Below, one piece after another: positions 46,459 through 60,448 of a stretch of DNA of 64,000 nt (position 1 is the first letter of the stretch; each line of letters begins with the position of its first letter). The notes below the pieces were generated by a model. The model had not been told where the DNA came from, searched no databases, and saw only the letters and a program-made list of their open reading frames with translations. The stretch covers positions 1 to 64,000 of the forward strand of contig DF237267.1 of the NCBI GenBank assembly GCA_000708835.1, given 5' to 3'. The position numbers and the translations under genes were made by a program. Origin of the DNA: Klebsormidium nitens. Lineage: Eukaryota > Plantae > Klebsormidiophyceae.

Positions 46459-46487
46459 TTAGGGTTTGGAGCTGACAAAAACCCTAA
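46459..46487. promoter_or_regulatory. Inverted pair of telo-box motifs (TTAGGGTTT...AAACCCTAA) between the divergent PAO-like and NUDT3 genes
   Basis: Exact 9-bp inverted arms at 46459-46467 and 46479-46487. The regulatory role is inferred from the plant telo-box consensus AAACCCTAA. Confidence 0.4.
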
Positions 46488-47451
46488 AACTCAAGGGTCT
46501 CCTGCTTTTCACCTGAACTTTTCAAGTCAGCTTTCGTTGGAATGTCAAGAGCGCAAGGGCGCTGTGGTTGTTGGAAGCCATTTGAGCAAACGTCCTGATC
46601 AGCATACTGTGGCGCCTAGCAACCTGAAAGCGTGTTGAGATTATCTTTCAAAGATAGTGAAAGCTGTGCCCCTGGTTGGATATTGTGGGGTGAACGTTTT
46701 CTGGAGCGGGGTGAGTGCTGCGGAACATACCTTTCACTTTGTTGAGCATTTGCTTGCCATGAACAATCTGGCGGCTCGCAATAAATTTTCTTGTCAGGCT
46801 CACTGGTTAGACCTTGGCATACCTCTCCTGAGCACACTAGTTTTCTAGCTTCTAAAGTGTGCTCGTTCAAGTTCAACCGCAGCTAAATTCTCAACGTCTG
46901 AACATGTCTGCTTCACATAAGATGGGGTACTGGCCTTCATGAATCACTGAGAGCCCCCTCAAAAATTTCTCATGATGTGGCGTCTGGCTGTCGTTAAATT
47001 GCAACATCATTGCTTCAAACCAATGCAGCATTACAGGTTCATGATACTCCCCTGATTTGGTCGTTCCACTTTGTCAGTCTCAAAGTTGCCCTTGGCCTTG
47101 AGGTCCTAAATTTGACATTTCTGGAGGTTTAGGTGCACAAAGCCGAATGCACCACCCCTGGAAAAAGTAGCAACAAAGACAAACGCAGTGCCAAGTCTCT
47201 CAAGCTCGCCAAAAAGTAACTCAGCAAGAGAGCGAGATCAAGCCGTAAAATTTTAACGTTGAGGAAGGAAAGGAAAGCTGGCCTTACAATCAAACTTTTT
47301 ATCAACGAGAGTTATCGGTCCTCAGTTGCATATATCAAGAGTATTGCAAGGCCTTAATTACATGCTCGAGAGAACAAACAGAATACAAAAGCGTCCAAGG
47401 ATTGGACTGATCAACTGAGTTCACTGTTGGTTACAGACTTTCTTGTTAAAA

Positions 47452-50400
47452 ATGGAGGACCACAAGCCAGAGGAATACGTCGAGCTGAGAGTGGATGATA
47501 AGACCACCATGAAGGTAGAGGAGCACTTTGATGTTCTAGACGAGAACGGGAACCTCACTGGCAAGACAAAGGCCAGGTGAGAGTTACCGTTTGCCAGTAA
47601 GAGACTACTTACTTTTGCGAAGCCGCCAGCGGACAGTGTTGATGCGACAATCCAAAAGATGACCCCTTGGTTTGATTTAAGGCGCTTACTTCCTAGTGCC
47701 AGACCCCACGAACAAAATGTGCTGTTTTAATTCAAAATTGTCCTATGCTCACATTTTGCCTTACAGACGCTACACCCTTCTAATGCCTTAAGGTTGTATG
47801 GTCGCTCCTCAGCACTGAATAAAGACCGCTCCCTTGAGGACTCCGTCCCTCAGCTTTATCGATTGTCTGCAACTTTATCTCTATTTATTTTAAAATGGGC
47901 TTCGGAAGCCATTAAACCACCTTGTTTGAAATGAAGAGGCACTCCGGCTCCCTCCGAAAGACCCTTAAACTTTCCAAGAAAATCCTGCACCCATTACTTC
48001 GACGCTCAGAACGTATCGCAGCCCCCTCGAAACTTTCTACTTGATCAGGTTTCCTGCGCATCTGCCCGGCTCTGCTACAGAGTCCCTCAGGATGACATTT
48101 ACGTAAGTAAGGGGTAGCTCCGGATGCTCTTCTCATCACATAGTATCGCGGCTTTGTCCACTTCGTCATCTCGGGCTTGTGTGGCGCGCTTCCCCGGTGT
48201 TCCTACCGGGCAAACTCCAATTCCTAACCCCGTTCTTCTTCCCCACCAGGAGCGCCGTCCACCGCGACGGCGACTTCCACCGGGCAGTCCATGTGTGGAT
48301 CTTTGCAGAGAGCACGAAGGAGCTGCTTCTACAAAAGCGGTCCGACGACAAAGACTCTTGGGCGGGGCTGTGGGACATCTCGAGCGCGGGGCACATCTCC
48401 GCAGGGGACGCATCGCTCAACTCTGCCAGAAGAGAACTGGCGGAGGAGCTCGGAGTTACGCTGCCGGCCGAGGCGTTCGAGTTTCTGTTCGTCTACCTGC
48501 AGCAGTCGTGAGTGGCAGTGCTGCTTCGTAAAACTCTGATGAGTCTGGCATCCTGCTACGAATCAATGGTCCGTATTGAGTGTCGTTGATCATTTGGCTC
48601 CTTGATTCACTTTGAAGTCCCAAAATCGCCGCAGGGAGGGTCGAACTCGACGTTAGAGTCTTTGGTTTTGGATTGCCTGTGGCTTTCCCTTCGAGCATCG
48701 GGCAAGAAAATGCTCTCTTAGTCGGAGTTTGCCGTTGTTAATAGTGCCCTGCCGAACTTACCCCACACGTAGCAGGAGCTTGAGAGGGCGCCTCGCCTAG
48801 GCCTTGCTATGGTACCCGGTCTTGCTCGTTCCCGACCCGGCTTTCAGGAACAGAGGCTCTACCTTCGTCCTAAGTCTCGTTTCCTAAGATCTGCTTCTCC
48901 TGCTTCGTGGTTCACTTCTGATCTTTACAAATCCCGCCGAGCAGGGTCACCAACGAAGGCACGTTCGTGAACAACGAGTACAACGATGTGTACCTCATCA
49001 CCACCGCAGACCCCATCCCTCTCGAGGCGTTCGAACTCCAGGTGAGAGGCACACTTTCAACATTCTGTTGGGGGCGCTATTCCTGGAAAGAAGTGGTATG
49101 CGTTTTGTCGTTTCCTACGTAGACTTCAAGGAGAGGCTGTCGATCTTTGCAGGATCCGGTTGAGAAAAATTGAAGCTGAGCCGAACGGCGTCCATTTTGC
49201 GCCGGTTGTGCACAGAAAACCACGAGGTGGTGTATTTGGGTTTGTAATTGTTGGGTGCGAAGATTCGTACGAAAGGAAGGCGTTTTTCATTGTTCAGAAA
49301 GCTCTGCATCGGAGTCGTGAGAGGTCATCAATGGTGCTTTGGGGTTTTTGACACGATCGACAAGTGAGACAGAGTACGATTTCTTAAATTAGATGTCGGT
49401 CAATCGGTCCAGTCTCTCAGTCAATCTTGGGATACTGAGAGTATCTGAAGCCGATATGGCGTCGAGGCCTCGAGAATGTTCCTGTAGTGTCAAGAGAATT
49501 TGAGGATGCTTTCCTAACGAGACTCTCAAATGTAAAATCATTTGTTATTATAACTTTAGTAAAACTGTCTTCATTTTTTACGTTTCCCTAAATCTAAGCG
49601 TTGGGAAAGTAAGAAGTTTGTCAAAAGTGCTCAATTTGCCAGCGGCTCCTTTGCCCGGTACGAAATGAAGCCTCGATTGCCTTCCAACGGGAAGCAAAAG
49701 ACTCGATTGGGAATGTCGCTCCGTGCAGGAGTCTGAAGTGTCTGCAGTCAAGTACATGCCTTACAGGGAGTACATCGAGGCGCTGAGAAAGGGTGACCCT
49801 GCTTACGTGGACTATGAGACGGACGGGCCTTACGGGAAGTTTTTCCAGACCCTGGCCGAGAGGTAAGTGCGCGTCTTGTGGATGTGAAAGGCCGCTGTAT
49901 CGTCGGGTATCGGCAAGTTGCTCCGTTTATGCGGTGCATCAAAAGAAGGTCACTTGAGCTACACCTTATCGGTTGTTAGATCGTGTATTAAAAGCAAAGC
50001 TCCGTGGACAAATTTCGGCAAAGAGCAAGGGCTTATGGCTCTTAGCGAAAGCCATTCTACTTCATGTTGGACCTGTCGTCATTTGTTCTTTGCTTGACAC
50101 TGCAAACACCACTCGCGTCGTCTGGGCGTCATGTCTTCACTACTTAGGGCTGACTCGTTGCGTCCTGGTCGCGAACCCGCCTTTGAATTCCCAAAAAGGT
50201 AGCCTCAATCTCAAACAGGGGAGAGAAACGTACGGGAAAGAAGGTTTCTCCAAGAAGGCGACGCTCTCGTTAGATACGGTTTGCATCAGACAAGATATCG
50301 CGCTTCTTTCCTTAGGTACGATGGCGATGCCGTCAAGAGAGAAGAGAAGTTGAAGAAGCAGGTGGCTAGATACGTCCCGGTCAAGCTGACAGCCGAGGTG

Positions 50401-53400
50401 AGCTTCTCCAGGAATTCAAGAATAAGGGTTTTCAGGCTCTAGGGTTTTAGGCCAGAGGATCGTCCAACTGTGCGTTTGGCGTGCGGGAGCTTTTGAAGGT
50501 GCAAGGAGGATGCAAGTCGCACAATCTTCTAGGGAGGCAATGACGCTCTTACGGAAACCTTGTTTTGGGTGGACTCTGCTCGTTGTTGCTGTTTTGTAAG
50601 TCTAAACCGAAATGATGAACCAAGCAGGTAATGGATGGTATTACGAGGCATTCGAGATAACATATTTCCACTCTGTCGATACTTGGACATCAAGGGCTTT
50701 GCTGAACATCAAGGGCTTTTTTTGAAACATTGTTGGAGCCAGATCCTTGAGTGCTCTTACTCACAGTTCTCGGCCGAATAATCCCTCAAAGTCTCCGACT
50801 GTATCGAGTTGCGAACTCCGGCAGTTCCGGAGCTGACACCTTCGGCAGCCAGCTCTAAGCTACAAACCATGAACAGACATAATTGGGAGGTTTGTTATGC
50901 ATCTCTTGGAAAGTCATGACGAACCTCGTGTGTCAACCGCGTCACACTTTTTCCCTTCGTGTCTCAACGTCCCTCAACCGCTCTCATGCCTCACACCGTT
51001 GGGTTCCAGATGGGTCAGTTAAGCAAAGGGGACAAGACTGCTTTGGAGAAGATCGTCGAAGCGGCGCACCAAATGGACAGCATCTTCTTGGAACAGGTCA
51101 GATTCCGAACCGACTTTTCAGGCTCTCTCATCTGTTCAGTCGCCTCGATTCCGAGATGGTTCAGAGATTTTTATGGCAGCTTCCTTAAACCGTCTCCTCT
51201 TTTGATAGGGTTTCCGTTTGGACAAGTCGAAGCGTCCGACTTCAAAGCTGCTTTATCCGGACCTTGCTGGAAACCTGCATTTCCGATTGGGGAATTTCTT
51301 TGCGGGTCGCCTTGGAATGTTGGTGAACAAAACAGGGTTGTTACCTATTTGCATCCTGTGGCTGGTCCGTTGTGTTTCTTGAGTATCAGACACTTAGTTA
51401 ACTCGAAAGGTGATTGCCGTTTCTTGCAGCTTTGGGGAACCAACCCAGCTCTCAAGAAACATCTGATGGACACGGCCAGCAAGGAAGGGGCGACGTCTTT
51501 TGACAAGTTGAAGCTTGTGTACTATCTCATCAACAAAGGGCCCTGGTGAGTGTTGGCACCATCTTTGCGTTTCTTCCTGTTGCCTGGGCTTTACTGTACG
51601 TCGGTCGCTTTTCAGCTACCGTCGTATGTTATACTGGTGCCTCTGTTTGCACTCTCTTGGATTCTGAGGCTTCGCTGGTCATTCAATTTGGTCTGCTTGA
51701 ACTTCTCGAAGCGCTTTGGACGGATTACCCGTACGATCAGTTTGTATGCTTTGGTAGTATTGTGATTTGAACAGGAGACGGGTTCCTGTGCACCATTAGT
51801 TCGCCTGTCGTGCCTCGTTCAATCTCCTCTCCCATTCTTTCCTTGGATGGCACACCCTTTCCCAAAGACGATGCGAATCTCAAAAAACTCAAAATCCTGG
51901 TTTCTCAAAGCCTGAAAGCTTGTTACCATTTCAGGTCCTTGTTAGACGACGGCGAGGCCTTCCTCTCGTCCGCAGACAGCGCTCTCGTTCTCGCCCCCGA
52001 CGCGGTTAAGAAGGTTCCCGGGTTTGAGGGCCTCAGATACCGGGCCGCCTTTCCCGCGACCAAGCCGCCCGGTTCCAACTTTTACCCGGCGGACATGTCG
52101 AAGCAAGTGAGTCGACTGGACGATTATAGTTTAGTGACGAGATCTGGACTACGGGTTTGGACCTCCACGAAATCTGGTCACGAATCTGGACCTGGATGAG
52201 ATCTGGGTTACGGGTTTGAGATTGGGACGGGTTTTGGGTTACTGGTTGGAAGGTGGACGAGGTCTGGCTTCCCGATCAGGAACTGGACAGCAGTGGACCA
52301 AGTAAATGTATCGTTCGTGTTAACGTATGCAATATTGTATCAAAGACACTTTGATTGGCGAGGGCCGGAACAGGTTATCCCCGAGGGGAAATGTGATCTT
52401 CTTAGACAGCCGCTTCGTGCACTGAGCGTCGCGCTCGTGATCGGAAGGCAGTCGGTGCTTGCAATGTGGGAGCTTGTTTCTAGTCACGTCCTTGCTTTCG
52501 TTAAGGGTTCCTGTCCTTGGAAGAATCAGTCAATCTTTGTCTCCCTACGGTTAATTCCGTCAACGTTAGCCCTTGAGTAGATTCCCATAAAGGCGGTATA
52601 AGCCTTCCACGTCTCCATGTGGCGAAGGGCGAGATTTGCCAACCACTTGCTCAAGATAGCAAAATCGTATGCTTCCAGGAGTTTGAGGAGTGGAAGGAGT
52701 CGCACTGCATGGAGAAGGTAGCTGAGGCTACGGGGTTCTTCACTGTCATCAGAAGGCCGTCTGACGTCACAGGTACGTCGTTGCCAAGCGAAGTCTTCTT
52801 GAAGGCCACTCCAAGTTCTTCTGCTTGGTGCCCCGTGTCTTCGCTCGCCTTGACGAACTTCCATTTTCTTTCTTAAAGTCGTTCCGCAGAAATAGCTAGC
52901 AGGTCTTGATAGCACTCTGCCTCTCTTGAAACAAACGCACAAAAAGTTCCTGCTCGGGTTGGCTGAGAGCAGAAACTTTTTGGAGAATGTGGTTCGCCCC
53001 CTGCTTCTCTTGTGAATTGCGGTTACTATTTTGCCTAAGGCTGTAGGTCTCCTTACACCTTGTCCTTTTTCTTGCCGCTGTAGCAACGCTGGACCTCCGT
53101 CTATCACACCGAAGAATAATCGTCAAATCGACCTTCTCAGCTTCGTCTCTCATCTTGAATTGCACTACTCAACTCATCTGGCAGTCAAATCTGGCTAGGC
53201 TGACGTCACCTACCATTCGTTAGATGATGCATCGCACTCCCCCTTGCCCACGTCCTTGTCCGGCGGTCCCATTCTCTCCATCAACATTACATGGATTTGC
53301 GGATCCCGCGTTACAAATTCAGGTTAGGCTAACGTAAGGTACCCTCTGTTAGCAGATGCAACGCACTCGCCCGCGTCGACGTCAGGCGACCGTGACCTGC

Positions 53401-56400
53401 GCGTCATTCCGTACAGTAAGCAGTACAACGCCGGTCTACAAATAGCGGTCAAGAAACTTCTAGAAGCGGCGCAGGTGGCGGAAAACCCCAGGTGAGCGTA
53501 GGTTGATGGCGTTACTCTTGCGGGCGCAAACGCTGAAGTTTGCAAAGCGCGCCTGTGTCTCGTGGCGGGCCTTTTTCCAGGTTGTTCCTCAGAAGAGGGC
53601 TCCTTTGTCGTTCGCGAGATGAGGTTAATCCGACTTTCAATTCATAGAAGAGCACGCTGCTTGTGACCAGCACTACAGGTTCGTACTGTACATGGACGAA
53701 CTGGACGGCTTTTCGAGCGCGTCTCTTGACCGATTTGAGTTTTGGACTTGCGGGAAAACTAGTCAGACATCTAGAAAAGTTTTTGAGTTCTTCAGTCTGA
53801 AGGATTTATGACCTGTAAGCAGAGAAGCGCAAGTTTCGAGACGCGATCCTCGACCATTGACACGGGTACCCTCTCTGTGTGATGTGCAGTCTTCAAAAGT
53901 ACTTGAAAGCTCGGGCGGCTGCCTTCCTGTCAAACGACTACTACGAGGCTGACGTAGCGTGGATGGATCTAGTAAGTCTCCTGCTTGGATTTCCACGGAA
54001 TACTCAAATTTCGCTGACCTGTGGGTAACAACTTTTTTGAGCTTGGCCGCTTGACGCTTAATGATTCTTCAATTATCTCGGGTGAAGAAGACGAAGGAAC
54101 CTGACTTCTCTGATCTGCTGGTTTTTGGATACGAAGTGTCGCCTCACTTTGAAAGTAGCTGCCGCTGTTCATCCGAACACTTCAGCTCGCAAACCGTTCT
54201 AAATTTACCATCTGTTCACTCATTGGAAAAGCTGTGTGATGCAGAATTCGCCCGTCGACGTTACCATGGGCCCCTACGAAACGTATAAGGACGGGCTGTT
54301 TGGCTACAAGGTAGGCCTGCCTTCCCTTTTGGCAGCAATGCATATGCAGGTGGCAAATCTGCAAACAGCCACACTTCAGCGTGCCTTGGGCGACTGGAAA
54401 TTCCTGTTTGAATCTTGCAAGCCCTTCGTACAGCTGTGAAATGTGGCTTGGGCAACTGGGAAAGTGTCTTCGGATTTTGCAAGCCCTTCGTACAGCTGGT
54501 GAGTGTTCTACACGTTCATCTATCCTACTACTATTTTTGCTGGCGGGCTTTCTTCAGGGCTTAATGTGTGAAAGTCACATTCTAGGAATACCTTTTGGTC
54601 GTCGAGCTAGAACCTTCTGCGAAGTTAGTTCAAAAAATCTGCCTTCAAAGCAAATTGGTCCAGGATCTCACAGTCTTTTTTGTCATGCAGGCAACCTTCG
54701 AGGCGTACATAGGGATCAAGGACGAGGACGCGACTGAAAAAGTGGAGCTCTTCGGTCATCACTTGCAGGTACTGCCTTTTCTTTGCAATGTTCTTCTTCA
54801 TTATCATCTACCTGACGTCCTTTTGAGTGTCGCTCCATCCACTAATGTCGATTCTGGGCCTTTTCGTCGTTTGATCGCATATCTTGTTTGCATAACTTTT
54901 TCGCTGCCCAGCATAACCTGTTCGCTGCCCCATTACACTCCGGACGGGTTGACAGAATGACAGTCCGGAACGGATGCACGCCTTTCAATTCTAAATCTTG
55001 ACCCAGTCAGTCGGTCCGCATGCAATTGCCTTATGCTGGTTTTCTGTGCTTTTGAGGTTGCTCACTCACCGCTGAAGCTGAATCCACCATCATCTAGAAC
55101 CACTGGGACGTATTGAACGAAAGCACCAGTATACCACTGTAAGTGCGTTTGGGGAGCCACAGCACTCGCCCTAAACCTCGTCCTTCCGTAGGTTTCTCCG
55201 CCACGTCGAGCACTTCCCTTCTGCTTTACCTTCGAGCCGGAAGCAGCCAAAACCGTCAACTCAACGGTTGACGATAAGCAGGCGTTTGATTATCCTGATG
55301 GCGCTTTCTGTGATCTAAATACCCGCGCCACCGCAGGAGCTCGAGAATCATCTACCGATGGACGACAAGCACAAGAAGAAGGGAGTCACCGCGGCGCCCA
55401 TCCGGGTCATCCAGCTGGCGTTCAACTCCGGGGTGAGCTGACGTCAGCATGTATCTTTTCCCGCAATTTAGGCAATGTGCATCAAAGTTGTTGCCACCTT
55501 GGAACCATCGTTTGCACCAGCCAGCCAATTCCGCGAACAAAAGAAAGAGAGCTAGCTAACGCTTTGAGTGGCCAATCGTTGTCCAAGAAAGAATCACGAG
55601 ACCTGTGCCGCCTTGTCCCCTTATAGATGTCCCACTTGGCGCCTTACCCTCTAGAGGTCTCTAAAGTGCTAGCCGGGCTGCGATGGCGGTCACTTTGGGC
55701 TTGAACCTGTAAACAGCTGAACTCGACGTCCAGCTCAAAAGGTCAAGTTTGAGGTTTTGAGTTGTCCGATTGTACTTGCAGCTCGACTTCGGGCACGGGC
55801 CCTTCTGCACTTCCAAGTCCCCACATTCAGTTTCCGTTTCGTCAAGCGATTTATATGGCTTTCCGGGAAAACTTATTGGTCAAGCTGTGAACCCGTCGGC
55901 AAAATAAATATTTGCGCAAATACCTGATCTCTTTTCTCCAAGCCCAATTCCCTTCTGTCTCTTGAAAAGCGTGTTCAATCATTCCAGGACGTGGGCGGCG
56001 CGCAGACATTGGCGTTCAATCTGCCCAACGACGAGCGGATCAAGAAGGAGCGGGGGACGGCCATGGTCATGATGAAGAACGTGAATCAGGCCAAGTGAGT
56101 CCGCTACGTTTCAGGGTTTAACAATGTTCCTTCAGGAAGCTAAGACTCGGCGCAGTTCCCCCGAAATTTGTGAAGAATGTGTTAATCTGTGCTGAAGCCC
56201 GTGAAGAATGTTGTAGTCCACATCAGAGACTCCGGCAGTTGGAGTTCCCGCTTCCCCGTGGTTCAGTGTCACCGCAGTTTAGTTGTACAGCAACTTGCTG
56301 CGAAGCCTACCTCCGCATCTTATGAAAAGTTCTTTCTTGCATACTGACTCTTCTTCATAGACGGTCAACTTCAAAGAGCTGCATACATACTCACAGAAGG

Positions 56401-59400
56401 AACGTTTTTGTGTGACGTAAGCACCTTTCCTGCAGGTTCGATAGCATCCTACTCCCGATCGCCAAAGTGCTCATCGACCCGTCACAGCAGTCGTTGGTGG
56501 ACTTTGACTCCTTCTTCACTCATACGCTCTGCCACGAGTGCTGCCACGGCATCGGACCGTCCAACATCACACTGCCGGATGGTACCGCGACCACCGTCCG
56601 AAAGGTGAGCTATCGCTGCGCGCATATGGATTGCCTGGTGAGCTAGAAAGCGGAAGCCCAAAAGCGCCCTGATTATAGACGTCATCGTCAATTGATGGCG
56701 AGGACCCCTGCTTCTCTTGTAGGTTGCAACACGACCTTGATTGAGAAGGGGCAGGGTCTTCTTACACAGAGGTTTGCTCCGTTCTCTTGCGATATGGCCT
56801 GAGAAAATGCGCTCCTTTGCAGCCGGTGCGAAAACGACTTGGTTTGAACCGCAGTCTGTATCTGTCGTACTGGCGAAACGGTATTCAGTGCCCTATTCGA
56901 ATTGAACGAAGCGTTCACCTCCGCAGGAGCTTCAAGAGCTGTACTCGCCGCTCGAGGAGGCCAAGGCTGACATTGTGGGACTTTGGGCGCTTCATTACCT
57001 GCTAGACAAGGTAAAAACGGGAATTCAGCTTGGCGAGCGAAGCATGCTTTCTGTTTAAAGTATCCCTTTCAGTTCCCCTTGCGCTTAGGCCTGCCGTACA
57101 TCCGAACCAGAACGGGATTTGCGCGCCCTGATCCGATACTGGTTCGTCTATAAGCGCGACGTTCACTTGTCGTTTGAGCATGGAACGGTGATTATGAGAT
57201 TTGTTGGTCGCTCCACGGGACAGCTGAAGTTCGCAGCCTCGATACAGAATCAGATGGAATTCTGCTGGCAACAAGAATCTCGAAACAATGCTCCGAAGAA
57301 GATGAACAAGATAGAGCGGAAGTGAGGGGAAAGCGAGCGAATCTTCCTCTTGGCGCGCCCTTTAGGAAGGTGCTGACGCGGCATGGAGCAATTCCGTTCT
57401 TTGTGAATGTGGTGGCCATCTGAGTCCGTTAAATCTTCTGTGTGGCTTCATCATTCGTCCATTCGTTTACCTGCCGACGTTTACATTTACCGTGACAACC
57501 TGCAGCGAGCCTGAAGAAAAACAGACTAAGGTTCTGCCTATGCTGGACGCGTGTTGCTCAGTGAGGTCGTTCGGTTTACTCAGCTTTTCACTCCTTTCTA
57601 TGCAGGGTTTCTTACCAGCGTCTCTGGAACAGTCCATGTACGTTGCTTTCCTGGCGGGGTGCTTCCGATCCGTACGGTTCGGACTGGCAGAGGCGCACGG
57701 GTAAGGCCTTCCATACGTCCGTCATTTGTACGTACTTCCACGGTCCGTCCTTCCGTGTAGCATCCCTGGCGTCATACTTCCGTGGTCACTTGACAGATAG
57801 TCAAGGAATCAATGTTTTGCAGAATGATGAACCAAACCGTGGTGGTACGGAAGAGAACTTGGTAGTGATTGGCGCATGCACATGGAATAATCTGTAAGCA
57901 AAGAGGGGGTAGAATCTGTGTCTCCTTGGAAGCTACAACAGATGCAGTCACGCTTGCTCAGGGGACTGGGGATCAGGTAGACGAGTCCGATCAGAATTGG
58001 TATACTGGTTTGGGAGCAACAGCGTGACCAGACGCGGCAAACAAGCAGCTACCCTGCATGAGGCCGCAAACGTGAGCAGAGAGTGAATCTGAAGAGGACC
58101 GAATGTGTCATCTGGGGGTCGATTTGCTGACCTTTCAATCAGTGTTCAGTGCACGGCCCACAGCAGGGCAAAGCTGCAGCGGGCAACTCAACGATAATTT
58201 GGCACGCTTTTCTCACGAAGCAAAGTGACGGGAAGCACGCCTTTCCTACGACGCAATCTCACTGAAAGCACGCCTTTCTCACGAAGCAGACTGACTGAAA
58301 GCGATCCTGTCCGGTTCAGGTGGGGCCAGGCGGTCCAGTTCAACTTCTTGCTTGAGAAGGGCGGCTTTAAGAGCAATAACGACGGCACCTTCTGGGTAGA
58401 CTTCGGCAAGGTGAGGGATCAGCAAGTAAAACATGTGAAAATTCTTAATGCACATACTCTTGATCACTTCAAGTCTGCCTTCAACCGATTCTTTCCGAGT
58501 ACTCTGTTGAGCGCACTTCCTCCGTTAGCCAATTCTTCGGAGCGGTCAAACGCCCCACCACGCATGGTCTGCGATACAGCCCGCTCTGCGATACCCTTCT
58601 TCAAAGGCTGGTCGACTAAATGATTGTCGAAACGCTGTGGTCGATCAGTCTAGAAGTCTTTAGGAATGTTCCTGCGAATGAGACCACAAGAAGCGACCAA
58701 GCAACAAGCACTTACGCCCAAGGTGCTTTCGCGTATTCCGGGTTGCTCCAAAGGGGCCTACCAGTTGCCGACATTGTCCTCTGGTCCTGCGGGCTCAAGA
58801 CGATTGTCTTTTACGGCACTGATGCGCGCCTTCAAACACCATTAATTTGAGTAGGTTTGAAAAGGGTAGGAGCATCAAGAAATTCTGTGACAGCAAGCTT
58901 GATTCTTTCCCCTCGTCAATCATCGTCTTCGCAGGTTCGACAAGCTGTGGAAGATCTGGGCCACGTCATCCTGACGTTGCAAGCGAACGGGGACAAGGAG
59001 GGGGGCCGATCCTTGCTGGCGAAGTACGGGGTATTAACACCGGAGCTTGGCGGGGCGCTAGAGCGACTGAAGGCTGTCGAGGTATGCTCACAGACCACAA
59101 GTGCCGCATATGATCGTCATAAAGCGTTTGCTTGATCCTGCAAGTTTGATTTCGTGGGCCGAGAAATCAATCTGGACCTGCTCCACGTTGGATACCAACG
59201 AACCTTTTCCTGGGGTTGACGGGCCTTGGCCTTGGCATCAAATCGCCCAAAGAAGATGGGCTCGCACTTTCGCTAAGCGATAGAGTCCACGTTTCCAAGG
59301 CCTCACGAGGTGCGCATGCTTAAGAAGGGTCCTGCTTTGCCTCAAATTGAGATTGCAAGCTTTGCTGTCTTCCGAATGCTGGTGCAATTATTGTGGACTG

Positions 59401-59569
59401 TTGGGCTGCCAATGATCATTGCAATTTGCCAGACTCGCTACGTGCTCTGCCTACGTGGGGTTAACATTGCGAAGTCCTGCCATGTGGCAGCTTCGGGATT
59501 GCTCTGACACAGGGTCTTTCGATTCTGCAGGTGCCCATAGACATTGCTCCGTATTTCGATTTGCCTTAA
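47452..59569 (+). CDS. NUDT3: Nudix hydrolase 3: Nudix domain fused to a dipeptidyl peptidase III (M49) domain, 21 exons
   Basis: EEHFDVLDENG...VHRDGDFHRAVHVWIF...WDISSAGHISAGD...ARRELAEELGV, GPYETYKDGLFGYK, TLAFNLPNDER, FFTHTLCHECCHGIGP, LEEAKADIVGL, ending VPIDIAPYF. All junctions checked are GT-AG and in phase. Confidence 0.95.
58202..58302. repeat. 33-bp degenerate tandem repeat (3 units) just upstream of a NUDT3 acceptor
   Basis: The GCACGC(C/T)TTT core occurs at 58202, 58235 and 58268. Confidence 0.85.
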
Positions 59570-60448
59570 ATCTTTGTGGTCCTTGATTGAGTTGCGCCAG
59601 AATTGCTTCCGATCAAGACAACACTGAAAAGCCTCTGGAGCGTAAGCCCCGGTTGTCACTTTCGGGAGGGCTCTTCTTGAAGCGCTAGAGTATTGCCATA
59701 GGATTCTGCGACGCTCGATCAGTGTTGCACACGTCTGTTATTTGAGGGTGAGAAGGAATATATGAGTATGATACTCTCAACCATCTGTCGTTGGCATTGA
59801 GTTACTGCCTTTCGAAAGCATCACATGTGGCACGTGGCCGCGAGCGGCAGAGTATACACTGCATGGCACATGTTGCCATTGCAGTTGGCGAGCACGCATG
59901 CATCATTGAGAGAACGGGCCGGCCATAGGTGCGCGCATATGTATATATACGCCGGCTTCGCTATCGGATGAATCTAAACATGGCGGCACGGGCGCAGCAG
60001 CCAGTACGTGCGTTGACGAACCCTGGATTTACGCACCGTCGCGTCGATGTTCAAAACTTGCATGGGGATTACTTCACGACAACGTAGAATTAAAGGGTTC
60101 GGAACTTTTAACTCGATCAACAATAGCTAGCATTGCCCGGGCACGTAGCGGTGCAGCAAGGCCCCGAGCTGCAGTTGTTGATTTATAGCTAGCTAGCCTG
60201 AGCAGCTTGCCCATGGCCCCTGTTCGGTTGACCTTTCAATGTACGTGCAATATGGCGCAGCACTACCTTTTGCCTAGCCGCCATGTTCATACCGTAATTC
60301 AATTCTGGTGTGTGACATGCTTTCGAATCAAAGGAGTCTGACTAGAGCGGATTCTTGTCTACAGATGCCCTAGCTAGCATTCCTAATGTCTAGGACTCTG
60401 AAATAAAGCTACCCTCTTGATTGACGCCACCTTACTTCAAAGTCTGCT

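Noticed and set aside
54400-54500. Duplicated TTGCAAGCCCTTCGTACAGCTG in a NUDT3 intron, followed by gtgag
   Set aside because: It does not copy an exon and no phase-compatible exon fits, so it is treated as a neutral local duplication.
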